A stretch of DNA of 64,000 bases from Bacilli bacterium (GTDB taxonomy: Bacteria > Bacillota_I > Bacilli_A > RFN20 > CAG-826): contig JALCSW010000002.1 of the NCBI GenBank assembly GCA_022653695.1, positions 342,605-406,604 on the forward strand. The letters run 5' to 3'. Every line of letters begins with the position of its first letter. Within the stretch, counting starts at the first letter, position 1. The notes beneath the pieces are model-generated. The model saw only the letters and a program-made list of their open reading frames with translations, was not told the DNA's origin and did not search any database. Shown here one piece after another: positions 44,482 to 52,192 of the stretch. A program made the translations under genes and the position numbers.

Positions 44482-45437
44482 CGCAAAACCGTTACCGCTC
44501 CCAAAACCTCAGCGAATTCTGGCTCAAGATCATCGCCCTCGTCGCGATGAGCTTCGACCATATCGGCGTTTTCCTTAACGATTACAGCGGATCTTTCGCC
44601 AACTCGGGAGCCGTCAGCACGACCGCCCTCGTCTTCCGCATCGTCGGCCGGTTGGCCTTCCCGCTTTTCGCCTTCATGCTCGCCGAAGGGCTCCGCCACA
44701 CCCACGACAAGGGAAAATACCTCATGCGCCTCTTTGACGTGTTCGCCCTTATTTTCGTCGTCGAGTTGGTTCTTTACGTCCTGAACCTCAACGGAATCGG
44801 GAACTTCGGGGTCCCTTCCTCCCAAATCTTCACCTCACTCGTTCTTTATGCCCTCTTCGCCTGCCTCGTCGAAAGAAAGGACTGGATGAGGTGGCTCACC
44901 GCCTTGCCCGTCGCCTACATTCTCCTATCCTACGCGGCGGACATCTGCACCCTTTATTACGCGAACGCGACCGCGGAGTCGGTCCGCTTCGCCCTCAGTT
45001 GGCAGAACTATTTCCCTCTGTTCGTCCGCGCCCAGTATTCGCTCTTTGGCTTTTTGGTTTTCCTTGGTTTCTACTACGCGCGGCCCTTCGCCGACCGCTT
45101 CGTCAAAAAAAGCCTGAGCCTCGACGAAAAAGGGTTGGCCGAATATCAGGCGACTTCCGACTATCAGCGGCTTCTCAACATCGCCGGAGCCACTTCCCTC
45201 TCGGTCGTGACGATTATTTTCTGGGGTCTCAGCTACATCGCCACCGAGGCGGCCCCTTACACGTTCGACGTCTACAAAATGGGACTCCAGACCTATGGGC
45301 TTCTCTCCGCTCTCCTTATCCTGTGCTACAACGGCAAGCGCGGCTACGACTCCAAATGGTTCCGCGCCTTCAACTATCTGTACTATCCGGTGCATATCGC
45401 TATCATCGCGCTCGTCTTTGCATTAGTATTCAATTGA
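44478..45437 (+). CDS. TraX-family membrane protein
   Basis: FWLKIIALVAMSFDHIG N-terminal signature and a polytopic 319-aa protein. ATGA overlap with the CPBP gene stop. Confidence 0.75.
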   Translation: MTQNRYRSQNLSEFWLKIIALVAMSFDHIGVFLNDYSGSFANSGAVSTTALVFRIVGRLAFPLFAFMLAEGLRHTHDKGKYLMRLFDVFALIFVVELVLYVLNLNGIGNFGVPSSQIFTSLVLYALFACLVERKDWMRWLTALPVAYILLSYAADICTLYYANATAESVRFALSWQNYFPLFVRAQYSLFGFLVFLGFYYARPFADRFVKKSLSLDEKGLAEYQATSDYQRLLNIAGATSLSVVTIIFWGLSYIATEAAPYTFDVYKMGLQTYGLLSALLILCYNGKRGYDSKWFRAFNYLYYPVHIAIIALVFALVFN

Positions 45438-45456
45438 TCGAAAGGAGATCAAGCAT

Positions 45457-45765
45457 ATGATTCAACACATCGACAAAGCCATCGACTTCGACAAAGCCAT
45501 CGCCAACCCAAAAGTGCTGGTCGATTTCTTCGCCACTTGGTGCGGCCCGTGCAGCATGCTTTCCCCTGTTGTGGAGAAAGTCGCCGCCGACCACCCGGAA
45601 CTGACCGTCGTCAAGGTCGACGTCGACCAAGCCCCCGAGCTCGCCGCCCGCTACAGCGTCTATAGCATCCCCGCCCTCTTTTACATCGAGGACGGCAAAC
45701 TGGTCGACAAGCGCGTCGGATACATAGACGAGCGCTCCGTCAAGGCTTTCTGCCGCCTCAAATAG
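45457..45765 (+). CDS. trxA: Thioredoxin
   Basis: WCGPC active site, 102 aa, AAAGGAG RBS. Confidence 0.9.
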   Translation: MIQHIDKAIDFDKAIANPKVLVDFFATWCGPCSMLSPVVEKVAADHPELTVVKVDVDQAPELAARYSVYSIPALFYIEDGKLVDKRVGYIDERSVKAFCRLK

Positions 45766-45778
45766 GATCGCGAAATCC

Positions 45779-45812
45779 AAGCGGGGCGCGAAAACCCCGC
45801 TTTTCTTTTCCT
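45779..45812 (+). terminator. Intrinsic terminator after trxA
   Basis: AAGCGGGG (45779-45786) / CCCCGCTT (45795-45802), loop CGCGAAAA, followed by TTTTCTTTTCC. Confidence 0.7.
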
Positions 45813-45817
45813 CGCGA

Positions 45818-45846
45818 TTGCCCTCCAAAGGGGCTTGTGTTATATT
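45818..45846 (+). promoter_or_regulatory. Promoter for the tRNA-Asp/tRNA-Gly pair
   Basis: TTGCCC (45818-45823), 17 nt, TATATT (45841-45846), with TG at 45838-45839. tRNA-Asp begins 17 nt downstream. Confidence 0.5.
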
Positions 45847-45862
45847 CTTTCTCGCAGCCAAT

Positions 45863-45939
45863 GGACCATTGGTGTAGCGGTCTAACATGCCTCCCTGTCA
45901 CGGAGGAGATCGGGGGTTCGAATCCCCCATGGTCCGCCA
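45863..45939 (+). tRNA. tRNA-Asp (anticodon GTC), CCA encoded
   Basis: Cloverleaf by hand: acceptor GGACCAT/ATGGTCC, D-arm GTGT-AGCGGTCTA-ACAT, anticodon arm CCTCC-CTGTCAC-GGAGG, T-arm GGGGG-TTCGAAT-CCCCC, discriminator G, CCA. Confidence 0.9.
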
Positions 45940-45942
45940 CTT

Positions 45943-46016
45943 GCAGGTGTAGTTCAGTGGCAGAACATCAGCCTTCCAAGCTGATTATGCGGGTCCGATT
46001 CCCGTCACCTGCTCCA
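45943..46016 (+). tRNA. tRNA-Gly (anticodon TCC), CCA encoded, non-canonical T-loop
   Basis: Acceptor GCAGGTG/CACCTGC, D-arm GTTC-AGTGGCA-GAAC, anticodon arm TCAGC-CTTCCAA-GCTGA, T-arm GCGGG-TCCGATT-CCCGT, discriminator T, CCA. The T-loop reads TCC where TTC is near-universal. Confidence 0.8.
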
Positions 46017-46031
46017 AACGTTAAGGTTCTT

Positions 46032-46057
46032 GAGCCATCCGATAGGCTCTTTTTTTG
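46032..46057 (+). terminator. Intrinsic terminator after the tRNA pair
   Basis: GAGCC (46032-46036) / GGCTC (46045-46049), followed by T7 (46050-46056). Confidence 0.6.
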
Positions 46058-46330
46058 CGTTTTGGGCTTTTTGCGCCTTTCTCGCGTTAGCTCCTTTTCG
46101 AGCTTTCTGGCTATTTTCGTTTCCTCGTCTTGGCGGGCCTGGGCGTAGATGTTGAAAAGCGTTTCCGTGTTCGCGTGGCCCACCTTTTTCGTTATGCCCT
46201 GCGGAGAAGCCGTCGTAGAGCAGGCCGGTTATGCGGCTATGCCGCTGGTGGTATACACGTATTCTACGGATCTAGGAACCTTCCAGCGGAGGGCAACAAC
46301 GAGTCGCCATCGCCCGCTCCGTTTATAAGC
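46058..46330 (-). pseudogene. Decayed tyrosine-recombinase (phage-type integrase) remnant abutting tRNA-Gly
   Basis: The minus strand gives VYHQRHSRITGLLYDGFSAG (46250-46197, HxxRH box). After a frame change it gives ITKKVGHANTETLFNIYAQ (46195-46139, the GHxxxxxTxxxYxx box with the catalytic Tyr). Upstream are a stop codon, a [12 protein letters not shown] fragment in another frame, and a strongly shortened spacing. The open frame then runs through the terminator into the tRNA. Confidence 0.45.
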
Positions 46331-46471
46331 GCCCTGCCCCCATTTTGGCCGACGAGCCGACGGGAGCCCATTTACCAAGCCCTGTCTCTTCGTTCGTCCC
46401 CGCCTCAACGCTCAGGGTGGTTTCCAAGAAAAAGTTGATTCTCCGATTCGTTCCTTTAAACTAATGTTCCT

Positions 46472-47359
46472 ATGGTAAACGGAAAAGTCGTGATTCTCCT
46501 ATGCCTCATCGCCTCTTTGGTCTTGATGGGTTGCACAAAGCACGATTCTGGTTCCTCATCTATGGAAGCGCCGCAATCGTCGGGCTCATCGACCGCCTCT
46601 TCGCTTTCTTCGAGTTCCGACGCGAGTTCGCGCCCTTCGTCCTCGAGCTCCGATTTCGGCGGTTACTACTCTTCCATAAGCGATTCCTTGACCAACGGTC
46701 TTAACGGCACCCTCAGAACCTCGCTGACCAGCCTTATCCAGCCTTCCGCCTACTATTCCTATAGCGGAAGCGGCTCGGGCGATCTTGGTTATGAGCTCGA
46801 GAACTTCGATGAGGATCCCAAAAACGCCTCCAACATGTATATGTTCTACCTTAACGTCTCCATCCCCAAAGAGACCTCTTCCGCCGGAACCTGGAACCGC
46901 GAGCATGTCTGGCCCCAATCCCTTTCGGACGACCTATATGGCAAAAGCGGAGGCGGGGCCGACGCCCTCCACATCCGCCCGACCGTTGAAGCCACCAATT
47001 CCCGCCGAGGCAACCTCAAATACGGCGAGGCCGCTTCGGGCTCCCCCGCCACGCTCGACTTCCGGGGGACCACCTATACCTACGCCCATACGACTTCCTC
47101 CTATTTTGAGCCGAGCGACGAGGTGAAGGGCGACTGCGCCCGCATCGTTTTCTATATGTACGTTTGCTACTTCGCCAATCGCGGCACCCCCATCGCCAAC
47201 TGCTGCGAATCGATCGCCCGCATGGTCGAATGGAGCGAGCTCGATCCGGTCTCGGAGCTTGAGGCCCACCGCAACGACTGCGCCCAAAGAAGCCGCCAAA
47301 GGAACCGGAACCCCTTCGTCGATCACCCCGAATGGGTCAGAAGGATCTTCGAGGCATGA
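46472..47359 (+). CDS. Secreted lipoprotein nuclease, endonuclease I / Bsn-like family
   Basis: Signal plus lipobox VLMGC, a Ser-rich linker, then TWNREHVWPQS and DALHIRPTVEATNSRRGN (the endonuclease I motifs). TAAACT lies 9 nt upstream of the ATG. Confidence 0.8.
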   Translation: MVNGKVVILLCLIASLVLMGCTKHDSGSSSMEAPQSSGSSTASSLSSSSDASSRPSSSSSDFGGYYSSISDSLTNGLNGTLRTSLTSLIQPSAYYSYSGSGSGDLGYELENFDEDPKNASNMYMFYLNVSIPKETSSAGTWNREHVWPQSLSDDLYGKSGGGADALHIRPTVEATNSRRGNLKYGEAASGSPATLDFRGTTYTYAHTTSSYFEPSDEVKGDCARIVFYMYVCYFANRGTPIANCCESIARMVEWSELDPVSELEAHRNDCAQRSRQRNRNPFVDHPEWVRRIFEA

Positions 47360-47946
47360 ACAAAGAAATCGTTCTGGCGACCAACAACAAAAACAAACTT
47401 CGCGAATACCGCGAGATCCTTTCGCCGCGGGGCTACGTGGTCTATTCGCCCGGCGACTTGAACCTTGACAGCGATCCCGAGGAAACGGGAACGACCTATC
47501 GCGAGAACGCCTTCATTAAGGCCAAAGCCCTCATCGGTAAGGTGAATTGGCCCGTCATCGCCGACGACTCGGGCCTTGAGATCGAAGCCCTAGGGGGATT
47601 CCCCGGCCTTCGTAGCGCCCGCTACGCCGCTTCGCTTGGGGGCGACTATAAGAAGGTCTGCGCAACGATTCTAAGAAAGCTGGAAGGCGAAAAGAACCGC
47701 AGGGCCGCCTTTCTTTGCACGATCTGCCTTTTGGAAAGAAAGGATGCCAAGCCTCTTTATTTCGAGGGCCTTTGCCCCGGGAGCATCACCGATTCCTATA
47801 AGGGGAACGGCGGCTTCGGCTACGACCCGATCTTCCACTGCGTCGATCCCGACCTTGATTTCGGGACCGCGAGCGAAAAGGAAAAGAACGCGGTGAGCCA
47901 CCGCGCCCGGGCGTTAAGGAAGCTGCTCGTCTATCTCTCGATTTAA
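47356..47946 (+). CDS. rdgB: dITP/XTP pyrophosphatase (RdgB/HAM1 family)
   Basis: Start at ATG 47356 (MNKEIVLATNNKNKLREY), in ATGA overlap with the nuclease stop. Motifs: DDSGLEIEALGGFPG, GFGYDPIF, SHRARA. Confidence 0.85.
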   Translation: MNKEIVLATNNKNKLREYREILSPRGYVVYSPGDLNLDSDPEETGTTYRENAFIKAKALIGKVNWPVIADDSGLEIEALGGFPGLRSARYAASLGGDYKKVCATILRKLEGEKNRRAAFLCTICLLERKDAKPLYFEGLCPGSITDSYKGNGGFGYDPIFHCVDPDLDFGTASEKEKNAVSHRARALRKLLVYLSI

Positions 47947-48617
47947 AGAACCGTGTAAAGAAGGCCGCAGACGATGAGGGCCTCACCCAATAAATACGTC
48001 AGCATGATCCAGAAATCCCGCCGTCTCAAGTCGTGGCGGAACAGCGTCAGCGCCAAGGTGCAATCGCTTATGATGAAAGAGACGGCCCCGGCGAGGACGA
48101 GACCGAACCATTTCGCGTAGCCCCAGCACGTCCCTTGCAAAGCGATGAGGGCCACCGAAATCAGGATGGTGCTATAGAGGACGCCGATCGCGGTGAACGG
48201 CTTGCTCTTCTTGGTGAAGAAATAGATCGTCGGGGCCGCGATGAGCTCGACGAGGACGGCCACGAGGATCATATAGCCGTAAACCGGCCAATCGAGCAGC
48301 CCCGCCCCGCCCATGATAAGCAGCATCTCGATGACGTAGCAGGCGTGCCCAAGGAAGAAGGAGGCCGCCCCAAGGGCCAAGAAAGAGCGCTTGCTCTTCC
48401 ACAAAAGCAAAACGTCGCCCGCCATGCCAAGAAAAGCCCCCATGTAAATGAGGGGTTCCTTTGGCGCCGCGCACGCCGCGGCCAAGGCAAGGAAAAGAAG
48501 GCAGAAGGGTTTGCTGCGGCGGCGGCCCCGCTCCCATTCGTTGTATCCGCAGACGAGATTGACCGCCGAGGCGGCGAGAAAGAGGCCGAAGAAAACGTAA
48601 GCGAAGATCCAGTTCAT
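47943..48617 (-). CDS. YhhN-family (lysoplasmalogenase-like) membrane protein
   Basis: 224 aa, polytopic. AGDVLLLW and FFLGHACY motifs are typical of YhhN. Its stop overlaps the rdgB stop (TTAA). Confidence 0.65.
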   Translation of the reverse strand: MNWIFAYVFFGLFLAASAVNLVCGYNEWERGRRRSKPFCLLFLALAAACAAPKEPLIYMGAFLGMAGDVLLLWKSKRSFLALGAASFFLGHACYVIEMLLIMGGAGLLDWPVYGYMILVAVLVELIAAPTIYFFTKKSKPFTAIGVLYSTILISVALIALQGTCWGYAKWFGLVLAGAVSFIISDCTLALTLFRHDLRRRDFWIMLTYLLGEALIVCGLLYTVL

Positions 48618-49426
48618 TCGCCTTTTGGCCCCTTGGGTCCTCCCTCTTCGTCCTTCTTTTCGGCCCGAAGGCCCCTCTTGCGTCTATTTTCGGCGACACG
48701 CGTCTCATTGTCGAGCTTCAAAACGGCGAGGTATTCGCGCATCAGTTGGCTGAAATCCTCCATTCTTTGGGAGAACGGGAAAATCCAGTTGGCGTGCCTT
48801 TTGATCCTCTTGAAATGGTCTTGGATGGAAATCTTGATCTTGTCCCAATCGACGACCAATTTCCGATTGGCGACGGCTTGACGGATTTTGGCGTAAACGC
48901 CCAAGTTGTAGCCCAGGTCGACGAAGAGGACCCCGTAGCACACCCCTTCCGCGGTGGCGAAGGCGATGAGGTTCTCCATCACGAAATCCGTCATCGCGAC
49001 AAACGCGGGGTTGAGGATCAAAACGTAAAAAGCGCCCACGGAAAGCCAAATCAAGCTGAAAAGCGGGCAAATGATGCCCTGAACGTTGCCCCAACGGCCG
49101 CTGTAATCCCATAGTTTGACCTTCAAGCCCTTGATGAAGATCAATCCGGCGAGGTATTCGATGAGGGTCATCGCGATTCCGATGCAAACGATCTCCGTCG
49201 CCGTGGCCCCAACCGCCGAAGGGATGAAGCTCTCCCACGTAATCATGTTCGAGAAAAGGTAAAGGGCCGCGAGCCCAAACCCATAGAGAGGAAGAAGGGG
49301 CCCGGTGAGGAAACCGGGATTGACCCACTTGCGCTGGCTGACGAAGCGACGGAAAAAAAGCTCTATGACCCAACCGGCCATCCCGCCTAAGAAAAAAAGG
49401 AAACTGTAGCGGAAGAAGAAGTCCAC
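48614..49426 (-). CDS. CmpB-like (DUF1113 / putative ABC-transporter type IV) membrane protein
   Basis: GTG start at 49426. N-terminal FFLGGMAGWVIELFFRRF pattern, 4-6 TM helices, basic C-terminal tail. Confidence 0.6.
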   Translation of the reverse strand: MDFFFRYSFLFFLGGMAGWVIELFFRRFVSQRKWVNPGFLTGPLLPLYGFGLAALYLFSNMITWESFIPSAVGATATEIVCIGIAMTLIEYLAGLIFIKGLKVKLWDYSGRWGNVQGIICPLFSLIWLSVGAFYVLILNPAFVAMTDFVMENLIAFATAEGVCYGVLFVDLGYNLGVYAKIRQAVANRKLVVDWDKIKISIQDHFKRIKRHANWIFPFSQRMEDFSQLMREYLAVLKLDNETRVAENRRKRGLRAEKKDEEGGPKGPKGE

Positions 49427-49432
49427 ATAGGG

Positions 49433-49441
49433 ATTCTATCA
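49433..49441 (-). promoter_or_regulatory. Extended -10 box placed for a leaderless transcript of the CmpB-like gene
   Basis: Minus strand TGaTAGAAT (49441-49433), then 6 nt (CCCTAT), then GTG at 49426. Confidence 0.4.
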
Positions 49442-49551
49442 TAGGTGTCCCATAAAGGAACGCATATCATGGAAAGGGGCCAGCCAATCGATGTTTTTAG
49501 GCGCTTCAACTGAACAAAAAAGTCCATCATGGGCCTTGAATAAGGAAAAAA

Positions 49552-51072
49552 TCAGCCGATGGTCGAATAGAGATAGCCGGGGCCGTTGAGCGAGTCGATG
49601 AGGAAGGTCACCTTGTTGCTGCCGGCGGCCAAAGTCCTTTTGATGACGACGGGGCTCCCGCGGAATTGCTTGATAACCGTCGCGTCAGCGTAATAGTATC
49701 CACCCATATCAATGTCTTCTATCGTGGCCGTGTCGGGATAAAGATCGGCGGGAAAACCCGCGATGGCGACCGGCGAAAGCGGATCGCCCGTCACGGAATC
49801 GAGCTCATCGCAGCAAAAAGCGCTCGAGACGACGTCGCCTCCGAACCCGGAAACGGCGATGATGATCATCTTGTGGAACTTCTCGGTGATCGTATAAGCG
49901 TCGCCGCGGTATTTCGCCGTCTCCGCGGCGGCGGCTTCCTCCGTGACGCCTTTGGCGAGCTCCTCGCTGAAGAACTTAAGGGAGAACTCGTCATTCGCGG
50001 TCTCGTAAGCGGCGACCCACACGAAAACCGGGTCTTTCCTTTCGTTCATGGCGCCGATGTCGACCCAACGCTCGACCGGGACGCCCGAACGGTTGGCTCC
50101 TTTGACGAGGCAATAAAGTTCGTTGACCCGCTTCCCCGTAACCGCATCGATATGCCCATCGAGGAAAAGATCGCCCGCCATATGCTCGGAAATCGTTGGC
50201 AAAGAAGTGGCGGAATGGTCCGCGTCGCCGGTGAATTTGACGCCCGGGGCGAGGCTCGTGAACACCGCTGCGGAATACTCCTCGTCGGCGTTTCCGTCTT
50301 CGTCAAGATCCTCGAAATCGTCTTGGATCGTCCATCCTTTGAAATCGGAGACATATCCGTAATCCGGATGGCCGCTGAGCCCATGGCCCGTTTTGGCCTC
50401 GAATTCGGAGGCGGTGAGGATTGAGTAGTCGGGGCAAGCGGCCCCCACTTCGTCGCCAAAAGACACCGTTTGGCTGATCATTTCGTTATTGACGTCGCGA
50501 GCGTAATCGACCCCGTCCATGTATTCGAAGGCAAGGGCGAAAAGCCTTTCGGCAAAATGGGCGTAAACGCGAAGTTCTTTGTCGAGAATCGCGTAATGGC
50601 CCGAAGAAGCCCCTGCGCTCGCGGAGGAAACCTCTCCGCTCGAGGAAACCCCTTCCGCGCTCGAAACGTCGGCCCGAAGAAGCCCCGCCGCCGAAGCGGA
50701 AGACCCGGCCGAAACGTCCACTCCGTGGGCGGCGACGTATTCGGCGCTGATATTGTAGAGATCGGCTTTCTCGCCCCACGTGCCGTCGGTGTTTTTGAAA
50801 TACCAGCCATCGAAAACGTAATAATGGCCGACATCAGCCGTACGAAGGGACTCATAATCGTAAGCCGCGCCATAGGAAGCCTCGTCATGGAAGATAGCGC
50901 TTTGCCCGTCTTGGAAATAGGCGTAACCGCATTCCCTGACCGGATCGGCGTCGTCGAAATAACGGACGGTATAGAAGTTCGCGGTCGGCGCATAGGGCTC
51001 GCTCGCGTAGGAACAGCCGCCCAAAAGAAGGGCGAGGGCGGCGAGGGCGGTGGCGAGAAAACGCTTTTTCAC
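49552..51072 (-). CDS. Lipoprotein with Listeria-Bacteroides (Flg_new-like) repeats
   Basis: Start taken at GTG 51072 (VKKRFLATALAALALLLGGCSYAS, lipobox LGGC). Two xxFxGWxx repeat signatures (YVFDGWYFKNTDG, DFKGWTIQDD) and a Ser/Ala-rich spacer. The ORF-track start 51162 adds a non-signal extension. Confidence 0.6.
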   Translation of the reverse strand: MKKRFLATALAALALLLGGCSYASEPYAPTANFYTVRYFDDADPVRECGYAYFQDGQSAIFHDEASYGAAYDYESLRTADVGHYYVFDGWYFKNTDGTWGEKADLYNISAEYVAAHGVDVSAGSSASAAGLLRADVSSAEGVSSSGEVSSASAGASSGHYAILDKELRVYAHFAERLFALAFEYMDGVDYARDVNNEMISQTVSFGDEVGAACPDYSILTASEFEAKTGHGLSGHPDYGYVSDFKGWTIQDDFEDLDEDGNADEEYSAAVFTSLAPGVKFTGDADHSATSLPTISEHMAGDLFLDGHIDAVTGKRVNELYCLVKGANRSGVPVERWVDIGAMNERKDPVFVWVAAYETANDEFSLKFFSEELAKGVTEEAAAAETAKYRGDAYTITEKFHKMIIIAVSGFGGDVVSSAFCCDELDSVTGDPLSPVAIAGFPADLYPDTATIEDIDMGGYYYADATVIKQFRGSPVVIKRTLAAGSNKVTFLIDSLNGPGYLYSTIG

Positions 51073-51208
51073 AAGGATATTATCCCTAAAACGGAAGGCG
51101 ACGAAAAGAAAAAACGCGCATACGGGAGCCGAAGCGCGAAAAGAAATTGCCCACTCGCGCACACGAGGTTATACTATTTCAGCAATCATTTTGAGCGAGG
51201 AATCCTAA

Positions 51209-51664
51209 ATGAAACAGAAAAAAGATGCCGTTACCACGTTCCTGATCGTGACCACCGCCTTGATGGCCACCATCGCGCTGTTCGTTCTCTTCGGCGACGC
51301 CTTTAAGGATGCGTCCCGTTATTCGGGCTTCTACGTCATGTTCGGCAAGAGCATCGACAACCGCGAAGCGGTGCCGGGCCTTATCGTCGGCTTTGCCGTT
51401 CTGATCCTGTCGATCGTTCTTCCGTTCACGTCGAGGATCTTCGATAGCAAAGGCAAGATGTTCGTCTTTGGCCTTGAGACCATTCTCCTCGTCGCCGCCG
51501 CCGTTATCTTCCTTTTCTCGGCTCAGCTGTTCCAAGCCGCCAACAACACGAGCGTGACTTGGGATTGGGGTTTGGGAGCCGGCACCATCTGCTGCATCAC
51601 TTTCTCTTTCATCGGCGCCGCCTTCAGCGCGCTGGCCTTCCTTCGCGCGAAACACGCGAAGTGA
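51209..51664 (+). CDS. Small membrane protein (4 TM), unknown function
   Basis: 151-aa hydrophobic ORF. GAGGAA RBS and an upstream TATACT -10 candidate. Confidence 0.55.
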   Translation: MKQKKDAVTTFLIVTTALMATIALFVLFGDAFKDASRYSGFYVMFGKSIDNREAVPGLIVGFAVLILSIVLPFTSRIFDSKGKMFVFGLETILLVAAAVIFLFSAQLFQAANNTSVTWDWGLGAGTICCITFSFIGAAFSALAFLRAKHAK

Positions 51665-51684
51665 TCGGAAAACATCTTAAAATA

Positions 51685-51713
51685 AAAGCCCTTCGGTTCT
51701 TCCGAGGGGCTTT
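51685..51713. terminator. Bidirectional terminator between convergent genes
   Basis: 12-bp stem AAAGCCCTTCGG (51685-51696) / CCGAGGGGCTTT (51702-51713) with one G-T pair. T-rich flanks on both strands. Confidence 0.6.
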
Positions 51714-51715
51714 CC

Positions 51716-52144
51716 TTATAATCCCGGATAGCCTTTTTCTTTAAGGGCGGCCACCACCTCGTCCGCCACCGCCGGAAGGTCCTTGACGATGCGCTCGCCC
51801 CAGTAGCGGAGGACCGTGTAGCCTTCCTCTTTCAGTTTGGCGTTCACCTCGGCGTCCCGGGCGCGATTGCGTTCGATTTTCCTGACCCAATACTCCTTAT
51901 GGCGTTTGAGCGATTTCCTGGCGACCTCGAAATTCTTGCCATGCCAAAACTCGCTGTCGCAGAAAACGACGACCTTAAGGCCCTTCCAGGACAAATCGGG
52001 ATGCCCGTATATGTACTTGCTGTTGCAACGGTAACGGATGCCGCGCTTCGTGAGTTCGTGGCGTAACGCCATCTCGATTCCGGTGTTCTTACCCCGGATC
52101 CGCGACATCGTGTAATGGATCGTCTCTTCGCTCCGCTTCTCCAT
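51716..52144 (-). CDS. vsr: Very-short-patch repair endonuclease (Vsr family)
   Basis: Start at ATG 52144 (MEKRSEETIHYTMSRIRGKNTGIEMALRHELTKRGIRYR). GHPDL, VVVFCDSEFWHG and NRARD motifs match Vsr. The rest of ORF-track entry 51716..52507 is antisense to the GNAT gene. Confidence 0.8.
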   Translation of the reverse strand: MEKRSEETIHYTMSRIRGKNTGIEMALRHELTKRGIRYRCNSKYIYGHPDLSWKGLKVVVFCDSEFWHGKNFEVARKSLKRHKEYWVRKIERNRARDAEVNAKLKEEGYTVLRYWGERIVKDLPAVADEVVAALKEKGYPGL

Positions 52145-52192
52145 ACCCGACAATGATAGAGCAAAAACCCGAAAATGGGGTATAGTAAACGC

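Noticed and set aside
45968-46183. A 71-aa ORF treated as an intact small gene.
   Set aside because: Its 3' half is the reverse complement of tRNA-Gly and a terminator. Only the first ~20 codons resemble an integrase C-terminus, so it is reported as part of a pseudogene instead.
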